Positions 1 to 7,234 of a DNA stretch of 64,000 nucleotides are shown here, piece after piece (position 1 is the stretch's first letter; each line of letters opens with the position of its first letter). The notes under the pieces were generated by a model. The model was not told the DNA's origin, did no database searches, and worked only from the letters and a program-made list of their open reading frames with translations. A program made the translations under genes and the position numbers. The stretch lies in IMG/VR virus record IMGVR_UViG_3300007541_000018, positions 3,076 to 67,075 of that record, one strand, 5' to 3'. This DNA comes from a virus.

Positions 1-479
1 GTAGGTACTGCCGTGTACTCATGGCCCTCCTCTGTTTTCATATTAAATGCGGTCCCACGCTTATTAGTAATACCTGATTTGCGAATGACCATCTTCATAG
101 CAAGGTTACCACAGGTGATAACTAGCTTAGGCTTAACCTTGTTGATAGTCTCTCTAAGATGCTGTTCGCACGCATGACGATCAGCAGTTTTCATGTCAGA
201 GTCTTTTACTGTAGGACATTTTACTGCTGCTGAAATCTCTACCCTGCACCTCGCTCCAGAGCTAATAAGGACCTGCTCAATTAAGTCCATAGCATCTTTA
301 GTAAAAGGGACATACCTACCCATCCTGGCTGTCATAGAATCAGATAGGATTAGTATCTCTGCCTCAGATAGGTCTGTGTAGTCCGTTATAGCGTAAGCAG
401 GCTTTCTGCACTTAAGCTGTGAACAGCCTTTACAGAACGGATGAGGGGGAACCTCGTCAAAAATATCGTAAATCGTCAT
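1..479 (-). CDS. Family-4 uracil-DNA-glycosylase-like Fe-S domain protein, truncated by window start (possibly N-terminus of an SPO1-type DNA polymerase)
   Basis: Not in the ORF track; translated by hand from ATG at 479: MTIYDIFDEVPPHPFCKGCSQL...ILILSDSM...SAAVKCPTVKD...RHACEQHLRETINKVKPKLVITCGNLAMKMVIRKSGITNKRG...YTAVP. It shows the CxxC / KCxP-like / C Fe-S ligands and the 'I..vkPklvi..G..A' and 'GIT..RG' motifs of UDG family 4. The frame is open to the window edge. Confidence 0.8.
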   Translation of the reverse strand, partial: MTIYDIFDEVPPHPFCKGCSQLKCRKPAYAITDYTDLSEAEILILSDSMTARMGRYVPFTKDAMDLIEQVLISSGARCRVEISAAVKCPTVKDSDMKTADRHACEQHLRETINKVKPKLVITCGNLAMKMVIRKSGITNKRGTAFNMKTEEGHEYTAVP

Positions 480-496
480 ATCGGCTATAATAGGAT
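480..496. promoter_or_regulatory. Bidirectional -10 element between divergent genes (TATAAT on +, TATTAT on -)
   Basis: The near-palindrome CTATAATAG lies at 485-493. TATAAT (486-491) is 5 nt before GTG 497, and minus-strand TATTAT (492-487) is 7 nt before ATG 479. No usefully spaced Shine-Dalgarno is present. Confidence 0.6.
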
Positions 497-841
497 GTGG
501 CAAGCAAAAATTATATTGACAATGATAGATTTGAAGTATGCATTCGCCTTTACCTAGAGGGAGACGAATCCGTATCCGAAGAGCTATTCGGAATGTTTAA
601 CCTTCTTATTGAAAATGTGATGGGCGCGTTTGGATTTGATGTTGACAAAGAAGATGCAGTTCAGGAATGTTTTTTACTAATAATAAAGGTTCTGAAAAAC
701 TTTAACCCTGAGAATGGAAGTGCCTTCAACTTCTTTACAACTGTTATATTAAATAATTTGAAGCTAATATACACTAAACATAAAAAGTACGCTGAGAAGA
801 TTAAGAACTATGAGGATCTTAAATCTTCTCAGCGTAACTAG
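497..841 (+). CDS. gp55: Late-transcription sigma factor, T4 gp55-like (minimal, sigma region 2 only)
   Basis: NYIDN at the N-terminus and EDAVQECFLLIIKVLKNFNPENGSAFNFFTTVILN match the gp55 YVNN and NFD/NP....F.YFT patterns. GTG start. Confidence 0.75.
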   Translation: MASKNYIDNDRFEVCIRLYLEGDESVSEELFGMFNLLIENVMGAFGFDVDKEDAVQECFLLIIKVLKNFNPENGSAFNFFTTVILNNLKLIYTKHKKYAEKIKNYEDLKSSQRN

Positions 842-1138
842 TCAGTTTAGTTCGATCTTTACCGCACTAATCCCTGGGTAAATTACTACGGAGTCGTTCT
901 GTAGTCTCACTAGGGTTCCTGGCTGCACCTTGAAGTTTAGGTACGACTCAGGTACATCAAAGTAAGACACTTCATACACCGTTTCTTGGCTGCCGAGATC
1001 CTTGATGTAGTCTTTTACAGCAGAGGATCCTTTATCCCAGGGTGATGTGAACAAGATATAAGTCTTTGACTTATCTTTTCTAAAATGTCGTAATGCTCTA
1101 TTTACTGAATTCTCAGTCTTGAGTTTCTGAATTTTCAT
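842..1138 (-). CDS. Thioredoxin-fold-like protein lacking catalytic cysteines
   Basis: YILFTSPWDKGS sits where F.A.WCxxC normally lies, followed by VYEVS...F.VQPGTLV. Start moved to ATG 1138 (MKIQKL), which has GAGG upstream. Confidence 0.5.
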   Translation of the reverse strand: MKIQKLKTENSVNRALRHFRKDKSKTYILFTSPWDKGSSAVKDYIKDLGSQETVYEVSYFDVPESYLNFKVQPGTLVRLQNDSVVIYPGISAVKIELN

Positions 1139-1472
1139 CAGCCGATTCCTCTTCTCTAGAAGCCTCATCTTCGACAAATTCTACATTTTCTTCAGCAGAC
1201 TCTTGTTGAGCCTTCTCCTGTTCAGCCGCAACACGCTTTTGCATCTCTGCAATAACACTTTGCTCCATGGCCTGTAGACCGATTACAAATGCTGCTTTCG
1301 TGAACTCCTGCTCAGACAGGTTTTGCACATTTACAGCATTCATAAAGTTGGTGAATGCCTCACCTTCTTCTTTAGTTAAGTTAATATGTAGTTTCATGCG
1401 TCCATTCTCCTTTTTACGAACGCGGACCTTGTGAATAGAAATAGACTCAGATAAATACTCTTTTGTCTCCAT
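1113..1472 (-). CDS. Hypothetical protein, possible ribbon-helix-helix DNA-binding domain with acidic tail
   Basis: MKLHINLTKEEGEAF...LSEQEFTKAAF has a strand-helix-helix pattern; the C-terminus is E/D-rich. Confidence 0.45.
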   Translation of the reverse strand: METKEYLSESISIHKVRVRKKENGRMKLHINLTKEEGEAFTNFMNAVNVQNLSEQEFTKAAFVIGLQAMEQSVIAEMQKRVAAEQEKAQQESAEENVEFVEDEASREEESADENSETQD

Positions 1473-1492
1473 ATGGAGTATTATAGAACATA
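1473..1492. promoter_or_regulatory. Second bidirectional -10 element between divergent genes
   Basis: GTATTATAG lies at 1478-1486. Plus-strand TATTAT (1479-1484) is 8 nt before ATG 1493, and minus-strand TATAAT (1485-1480) is 7 nt before ATG 1472. Confidence 0.55.
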
Positions 1493-2047
1493 ATGAAGGA
1501 CACCCTTACAAAAAATCAAGAAAAATTACTAAATGAATTAAAACCTAAGAAGAGGAAGAATAGTAGAGCTAAGGGTAATGCTTTTGAAAACCAGATATGT
1601 AAACTTTTAAACAAAAGATTCTCGACAACCGAGTTTTCACGCTCGCCCGGATCAGGCGCTTTTGCAACTACCCATTCTCTCCCTGACCATCTTAAGCTGC
1701 ACGGCGATCTTATCACTCCTAAGAATTTCAAGTTCATAGTAGAATGCAAGAAGGGATATAACACCTTAGGCCCACATTCCCTACTAGACCATGATAGTAA
1801 AATCTGGGAATGGATCACTACCTTAGAACGGGACTGTGCTGGGGCAAAAAAGCCAGGATTTATTTTGATGGCTCAGGACAGACGACCTAAAATAGTAATA
1901 ATTAAGGTTAGTAAAGAGCTTACACAAGCAATAAGTACTTACACAGTAATAAAGAATAAGAATAGTAATATAGAGTATATTATGCTGTACCTTGAAGATT
2001 ATCTAAATATGCAAGACAGCTATTTTATCGACAACCCTCTTTACTAG
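1493..2047 (+). CDS. Holliday junction resolvase, Hjc-like PD-(D/E)XK nuclease
   Basis: NSRAKGNAFE ... SGA ... GDLI ... FIVECKK are the typical motifs of phage/archaeal Hjc-type resolvases. Confidence 0.8.
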   Translation: MKDTLTKNQEKLLNELKPKKRKNSRAKGNAFENQICKLLNKRFSTTEFSRSPGSGAFATTHSLPDHLKLHGDLITPKNFKFIVECKKGYNTLGPHSLLDHDSKIWEWITTLERDCAGAKKPGFILMAQDRRPKIVIIKVSKELTQAISTYTVIKNKNSNIEYIMLYLEDYLNMQDSYFIDNPLY

Positions 2048-4193
2048 AGGTCATAGTTGCCATAGATACTCTATTACTTTCGTTGTTTAGATTAAGGTAG
2101 ATGCATGGACCTACTTTAATTCTACCACCTGCTGTAAATGTTACTGGGTGCTTTCCTTCCCTAGCATCGCTTATAGCTTTACGAATCTTGCCGTCTTGGT
2201 TGCTGTGGAATGAGTCTCGTTGTTGCATAAGAACAGTTGAATTCATGACATCTGCTCCCCATTGAGTGTCCAACCCACCTGATCCTGTTGCAAATAGCCA
2301 ATGCTTTACTCTAGGGTTGTTCACATCTAGGTTTCCGTTTTCATCAGCAACTTCTCTTATCCTTCGCATGTTTAATTCTTTCTCCAAGTGAACACTTAAC
2401 CTTGAAAGATTTACTTGTGACACCTTCCCACCCCCAGATAAGCCTGCACCCTTACACAAATTTTCTATTTCTTCTCTACCAAAACCTTTAGGCATATCTA
2501 TTCCTAAATGATCCATTGTACGAAGTAATTGATCAGTAACTACACCCCTCGCTTGAGCGCCTGTTAGACCTTTTATTTTTAAGGCTTCCCCAGTAGCAAT
2601 GCTTCGAGCAAAGCTGTTTATTTTACCAACCTCCTCGGCCTCTTGGCGTATGTCTCTTACATCTTGAGAATTAAAACCTAGTTGGCTTACAACGCCTTTA
2701 GTGTGACTGTCCCATTGAGAAGGAGGCTTTACCAGTCGTGAGGTAAGGGTTCCTATGCTATGGGTTCCCCCCAGCTTAGTATCCGTTCCGTGCCTACCAG
2801 TATATGTTTTAAGAGAAACGCCTACAGCCCATTTACCATCCTTCTGTTTGAGTAAGTATTCCTCAGGTATATGTGAAGGTTTTTCGTTATATATGTACAA
2901 GCAGTCAGGTTTAAACCCTACACCCACATCTCCTGCACCAACTCTTATTACAGAGTCTGGTTTCATCATTCTCATAAACTCAGAGCGTCTTTCTAGTAAT
3001 GACTGGAGGAATTCTTTAGCTATTCCAGGGTCATCCCCGCCTAAGAATGCAGCCATATCTAAAGCCTCATCAGCGTATCTATCTAAAGCACCTTGGTTCA
3101 ATTCCATAGCATCACGGAGAACATCTCTATATTTTGTGATTAGCTTTTTCATATCTGCTGCCCCTTGAGCTTTTAAATCAGGGTCTTCAGACATTAGATT
3201 GAACAAACTTACTTCACCTTCCTCGGATAGGTTTTTAATCGCCTCCGATAGGTTGCCTCCTCCTATAGAGAGTCCATCAAACCCTACGCTATCTATATTG
3301 TATTCATCTTCTCCAATAATACCTTCTTCCCTCAACGATTGTCGAACCTTATCAATACGATTGACGGACTTTTCCAGCAATAACTGCAAAGGGTTTCTTG
3401 GTGGTAAGTTTAACGATACTCCTCTAAGATTACCGTCAATAGAACTTCTAAAGAACCATTGACCTGTGGTTAGTATAGATTTAGACTTGGATCTTCTTCT
3501 TTTATCTATGGGCTCAATAACTTTCTTTTCTCTGTAGTATACAAGCTCACTAACTGCTCTTAGCGCAGCTATTTGAACTCCTGAATCCACTCCCCCAATA
3601 CCGTTACCTGTTTTAAGTATGGTAAATAATGAAGTTAAAGCTTTGGCATGGTCGTTGTAATCAGTATGGACTGCCTCAACAATGGTCATGTTTTGAGCAT
3701 CTAACTCAGAGATTATAGGTCTTCTTCCACTTTGTAGGTGCATAGCTCTCCAAAGAACGGAACCGTCACCTTTTCGTAATGAAAAGATATGTTTTGGTTG
3801 TAACATCTGCGCCTCGGAATCAGGTAAAGTTTTAATCCAAGAATAGATGTTCATCAAAGATCCTCCGAGGCCGGGGTAAAGCTCGTCCGCAACTTGAATA
3901 CCCTCCTGAATCATTTGCTCTTCAGGAGTTAACTCCCTTTGGGATATTACTTCACCATCTTCTCCCCTTTCGGTCCCTGCCTCTTCAAACCAACGATCCA
4001 AAGCTTCTGCTTGCTCAGGTGTTAGCTGCCCTCCTGGGCCAAGCTTAACGCCGTTCCACCCTTTAAAAGGTCCACCTTTAGCTATGTAAACCGTCTCACT
4101 TCCTTCAGGTCTGGCCTCAACAGATATCTCTGCGCCGTCTGCTCGACTAACACTCTGAACTAGGTGAGAATATTTAGCTTCGTGTAACTTCAT
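2025..4193 (-). CDS. Hypothetical 722-aa protein, possible head-packaged protein with a PD-(D/E)XK-like motif
   Basis: Long ORF directly after the tail-tube terminator. It starts MKLHEA (L-X-E) and contains FKPD...GVSLK. TATAAT (4204-4199) lies 5 nt upstream. Confidence 0.6.
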   Translation of the reverse strand: MKLHEAKYSHLVQSVSRADGAEISVEARPEGSETVYIAKGGPFKGWNGVKLGPGGQLTPEQAEALDRWFEEAGTERGEDGEVISQRELTPEEQMIQEGIQVADELYPGLGGSLMNIYSWIKTLPDSEAQMLQPKHIFSLRKGDGSVLWRAMHLQSGRRPIISELDAQNMTIVEAVHTDYNDHAKALTSLFTILKTGNGIGGVDSGVQIAALRAVSELVYYREKKVIEPIDKRRRSKSKSILTTGQWFFRSSIDGNLRGVSLNLPPRNPLQLLLEKSVNRIDKVRQSLREEGIIGEDEYNIDSVGFDGLSIGGGNLSEAIKNLSEEGEVSLFNLMSEDPDLKAQGAADMKKLITKYRDVLRDAMELNQGALDRYADEALDMAAFLGGDDPGIAKEFLQSLLERRSEFMRMMKPDSVIRVGAGDVGVGFKPDCLYIYNEKPSHIPEEYLLKQKDGKWAVGVSLKTYTGRHGTDTKLGGTHSIGTLTSRLVKPPSQWDSHTKGVVSQLGFNSQDVRDIRQEAEEVGKINSFARSIATGEALKIKGLTGAQARGVVTDQLLRTMDHLGIDMPKGFGREEIENLCKGAGLSGGGKVSQVNLSRLSVHLEKELNMRRIREVADENGNLDVNNPRVKHWLFATGSGGLDTQWGADVMNSTVLMQQRDSFHSNQDGKIRKAISDAREGKHPVTFTAGGRIKVGPCIYLNLNNESNRVSMATMTSSKEGCR

Positions 4194-4207
4194 AGTATAT
4201 TATACAA

Positions 4208-4240
4208 TAACCCAGCCCAACTTCGGATTGGACTGGGCTA
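4208..4240 (-). terminator. Stem-loop, probable intrinsic terminator after the tail tube gene
   Basis: Minus strand reads TAGCCCAGTCCAAT-CCGAA-GTTGGGCTGGGTTA followed by TTGT; G.U pairs form only on the minus-strand RNA. Confidence 0.7.
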
Positions 4241-4260
4241 TGAAATTTGACTTTTATGTA

Positions 4261-4854
4261 TCAGGCTGTGGGGTTGCCTTCGATTACCATGTAATCCCAA
4301 CGGAACTTCATGGTGATAGTGTCCATATCATTCTGAGCGTAGACCTTCTCAGCCTTGGTGATCTGCTTGGGGTAAACACCTTTGAGCTTGATCACTTGCT
4401 GTACTTCGTTGCGACCATTAAGTTCAATGATCTCTACCTTGGACTTGAATTTACCAGGGTTAGCCTGGAATGAGGTAGCATACTCACCAGTCTCAGGGTC
4501 CCATACAGATGTCATGTACTTGTAGAGTTGGAAACCTGTCTTTGAGTTAAGAAGGTTATCAAACTGTACCTCAAGCTCATCATGCTGTACACGGCCAGGG
4601 TAGTAAACCTTATCGTTTACTCTGTTGACCTCGATGTCTTGAATGGTGTAACCGAATCCACCAACTCTCTTAGCTGCTAATGTAAGTGGCTTTGAGAAGG
4701 TAGAAGGAGTCTCGATACCAGTGGGAGGGAAGAAAGTAATCTCCCACTGATAGACGCGCACGGCATCAAGATCCTGTGAGATAACAGGGAGTCCCTCATT
4801 ATCATTGAGGTCACGATTTAAATTATTAGCGTAGTAAGAACTGCGAAATGGCAT
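4261..4854 (-). CDS. gp19: Tail tube protein (T4 gp19-like)
   Basis: YQWEITF, KVYYPGR, LKGVYP and MKFRWDY motifs; immediately downstream of the sheath gene. Confidence 0.9.
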   Translation of the reverse strand: MPFRSSYYANNLNRDLNDNEGLPVISQDLDAVRVYQWEITFFPPTGIETPSTFSKPLTLAAKRVGGFGYTIQDIEVNRVNDKVYYPGRVQHDELEVQFDNLLNSKTGFQLYKYMTSVWDPETGEYATSFQANPGKFKSKVEIIELNGRNEVQQVIKLKGVYPKQITKAEKVYAQNDMDTITMKFRWDYMVIEGNPTA

Positions 4855-4860
4855 GGCTTA

Positions 4861-6993
4861 TCAGGTTATGTTTGCGGATTGGTTGGTTAGGTTCAACTCA
4901 AACACGATGATCTCAGCAGCCTTGGTAGGCTTAATGAGAACTTTGCACCAGAGTTCGTTACGATCAACGCGGACTGGTGTGTTAGTAGTTTCGTCACAGA
5001 TCACCTTGAACTCAGTGATACCTCTTCTTCTGCGAATATCGTCAACAAGAGGCTCGACAACATTGGTTACCTTCTCCCAAGTTACATTGTCGTTTGGCTC
5101 AAAGGCGAACTGTCTTGTGGATGCTAGTAGGATCTTACGAATAACAATCATCATCCTTCTAACATTTACTCTGTCTAGGGCTGTGGGAGCACGCTGAGTG
5201 GTGCGCTGACCGAAGATGGTAATACCCTGCTGTGGGAAGTTAACGATAGGGTTAACCACATTTCCACCAGAGTACATAGCATCACGATCACCTTGGTTAA
5301 GTCTAACCTCTACATCAGTTGGCTTGGTTAAGCGACCACGGACAAACCCAGCAGGAGCAAACCATGGATCAGCGACCTCATCGGTGTAAGCCATTTGTCT
5401 TACAGCAAAGATAGAGGGGTCATACCATCTATCAGCACCGTCAAACTGGCTGAAAGTCTTGACCCAAGGCCAGTAGACAGCGGCATAGGAAGAGTTTATT
5501 GCAGAGGTTCTGTCTCCTGCAAGGCCGTTAGTCCAGTCTATAGCGTCTTGAGTGGAGCCTACAGCATAAGGAGGAGCAACAACCGCAAGAAAGTTTTTGG
5601 TAGTTTCTGCTAATGTAACTAGAGCGTTCTGAACAGAAGGGATTGTAATCCCTGGTACGATTGCCATGGAGATGTTTAGTAAATCATCATCAAGGGCTTG
5701 CATACCAGTCTTAGGTTCAGCAGCACTATCACCTATGATGGCATCAGCTACATCGGTATCTGCGGCGGGTATACCACTGTCACCACCAGCCATGCTGTAA
5801 ATTCCAGGAAGGGGCTTTACGAATCTAGGAGAAGCTGTAGTGTAACTTACACCATCATCATTTCCAGGAGCAGGACCGCCTCCGAAGCTACCATCCCAGC
5901 TAATAGTATAGGCAGCTACTCCAGGGCCAGCACCTTCAATAGTTGAAGTAAGACCCATCTCAGTAATCTTCTTAGCAAAGTGAGTTAGAGGAGTAGCATC
6001 AAAATCTGTTCCCTCTAGAACAAGGTTACCCTTAATAACATTAGAAGTGTTATCTACAATACCTGTGTTAATAACATCCTCAACAAATCCTGTGTTTTTT
6101 ACTAAGGATATTTTGAAGTTCTCTACGAGGGCACCTTCATCTTCTATACCTAGAACAACAGACTCACTACCTGTAGAGTTAATAGTTATACCTACACCAG
6201 AGTAAGTACCGTCACTCTTAATACCTCTATTGTATCCTCCTCCGGGCCATAAAGATTCAGCCAAGTAAGCAATAGAACTTGTACCAGTACTCTTAAGAGT
6301 AGCACCTCTTACAGTTATTGAACTTGCCCAAGATCCGTCTCCATCTCCGTTGATACCTACTTTCCTAAGGCAAGTTAGAGGGGTGCTTCCATCAAGCTCA
6401 TAAGCTGAAACTGCTATTTGAGCGGATGATCCTGCGAATCCACCGACAATATAACCCGTGGAAGTGTCAGCAGGATCGAATGTAGCAACTACCTTAGCCC
6501 CGTCGAATAAACTTCCTATTGCATGTATAAGAGCGCGGCCCTGAGAGGAAGCGTCAACTAGTGATGAAGGTACAGTATATGTTTTTGGGCTTCCAAATTG
6601 GGTAACCCCAAACTGGTTATAAACTTGTACTTTAAAGACTGCGCCTGAGGTTGTCCCTAGTCCCATAGCTGAGACTTGGACTGCTGGACAGGAGCCAAGA
6701 GCTACAGCGGCAGAAGCCTCAACAGAGCCAGCACCAGCAGCCCTGACATAGTAAAGGCTGTTAGTAGCCTCAAGCATCTCTAAAGATCCTTCAAGACCCT
6801 GGCCGTAAATAGATTCGGAAGGTCTACCAAAAGTTTGAAGTAAAGACTCTTGAGATGTTATTAAAGTAGCCTTGTCAACTGGACCGCGATCAGCGAATCC
6901 AACGACACCTACTACGGAAGGGTTAATAGAGACAGGGTAATCACTAAGATCCTTCTCTATAACATATACGCCGGGGCTTACAAAATTTGCCAT
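4861..6993 (-). CDS. gp18: Contractile tail sheath protein (T4 gp18-like)
   Basis: N-terminal SPGVYVIEKDLS and GFADRGP; C-terminal PWFAPAGFVRG, DRVNVRR, FEPND, CDETTNTP and KPTKAAE. AGGAG RBS upstream. Confidence 0.97.
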   Translation of the reverse strand: MANFVSPGVYVIEKDLSDYPVSINPSVVGVVGFADRGPVDKATLITSQESLLQTFGRPSESIYGQGLEGSLEMLEATNSLYYVRAAGAGSVEASAAVALGSCPAVQVSAMGLGTTSGAVFKVQVYNQFGVTQFGSPKTYTVPSSLVDASSQGRALIHAIGSLFDGAKVVATFDPADTSTGYIVGGFAGSSAQIAVSAYELDGSTPLTCLRKVGINGDGDGSWASSITVRGATLKSTGTSSIAYLAESLWPGGGYNRGIKSDGTYSGVGITINSTGSESVVLGIEDEGALVENFKISLVKNTGFVEDVINTGIVDNTSNVIKGNLVLEGTDFDATPLTHFAKKITEMGLTSTIEGAGPGVAAYTISWDGSFGGGPAPGNDDGVSYTTASPRFVKPLPGIYSMAGGDSGIPAADTDVADAIIGDSAAEPKTGMQALDDDLLNISMAIVPGITIPSVQNALVTLAETTKNFLAVVAPPYAVGSTQDAIDWTNGLAGDRTSAINSSYAAVYWPWVKTFSQFDGADRWYDPSIFAVRQMAYTDEVADPWFAPAGFVRGRLTKPTDVEVRLNQGDRDAMYSGGNVVNPIVNFPQQGITIFGQRTTQRAPTALDRVNVRRMMIVIRKILLASTRQFAFEPNDNVTWEKVTNVVEPLVDDIRRRRGITEFKVICDETTNTPVRVDRNELWCKVLIKPTKAAEIIVFELNLTNQSANIT

Positions 6994-7005
6994 TATTTAC
7001 TCCTA

Positions 7006-7182
7006 TCAGGTGGTTTTTATACGAAGTATTCTTCTGCGAGCCATTAGCAAGCACTGTTGAGATACGGCTGTTTCAGGTACAACTATTGTTTGTTTTGGTT
7101 TTAGCCACACCCTACGGGGACCATTCTGGTAGTTAAACAGTATTTCAAATGATTGCAGGCTATCGTTTGTAATGGACTTCAT
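7006..7182 (-). CDS. Small hypothetical late protein (58 aa), not in the ORF track
   Basis: MKSITNDSLQSFEILFNYQNGPRRVWLKPKQTIVVPETAVSQQCLLMARRRILRIKTT*. It has a strong AGGAGA RBS, fills the gap before the sheath gene, and its stop abuts the sheath RBS. Confidence 0.8.
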   Translation of the reverse strand: MKSITNDSLQSFEILFNYQNGPRRVWLKPKQTIVVPETAVSQQCLLMARRRILRIKTT

Positions 7183-7192
7183 ATCAAATCTC

Positions 7193-7205
7193 CTATTACT
7201 ATCTA
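7193..7205 (-). promoter_or_regulatory. Putative late promoter (TAGATAGTAATAG)
   Basis: Matches the TARATA-N-YAATAG motif also seen at 29684-29696 and 32000-32012; lies upstream of the sheath/tube operon. Confidence 0.55.
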
Positions 7206-7234
7206 GTCTAGTTATAATTAATTTTTGCGATATT

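Noticed and set aside
193-381. Plus-strand 62-aa ORF from the track
   Set aside because: It is an antisense shadow of the UDG-like gene, which has convincing motifs on the minus strand.
842-1138. Thioredoxin-like protein as the disulphide catalyst for the Cys-rich virion protein
   Set aside because: It contains no cysteine, so it cannot perform thiol-disulphide exchange.
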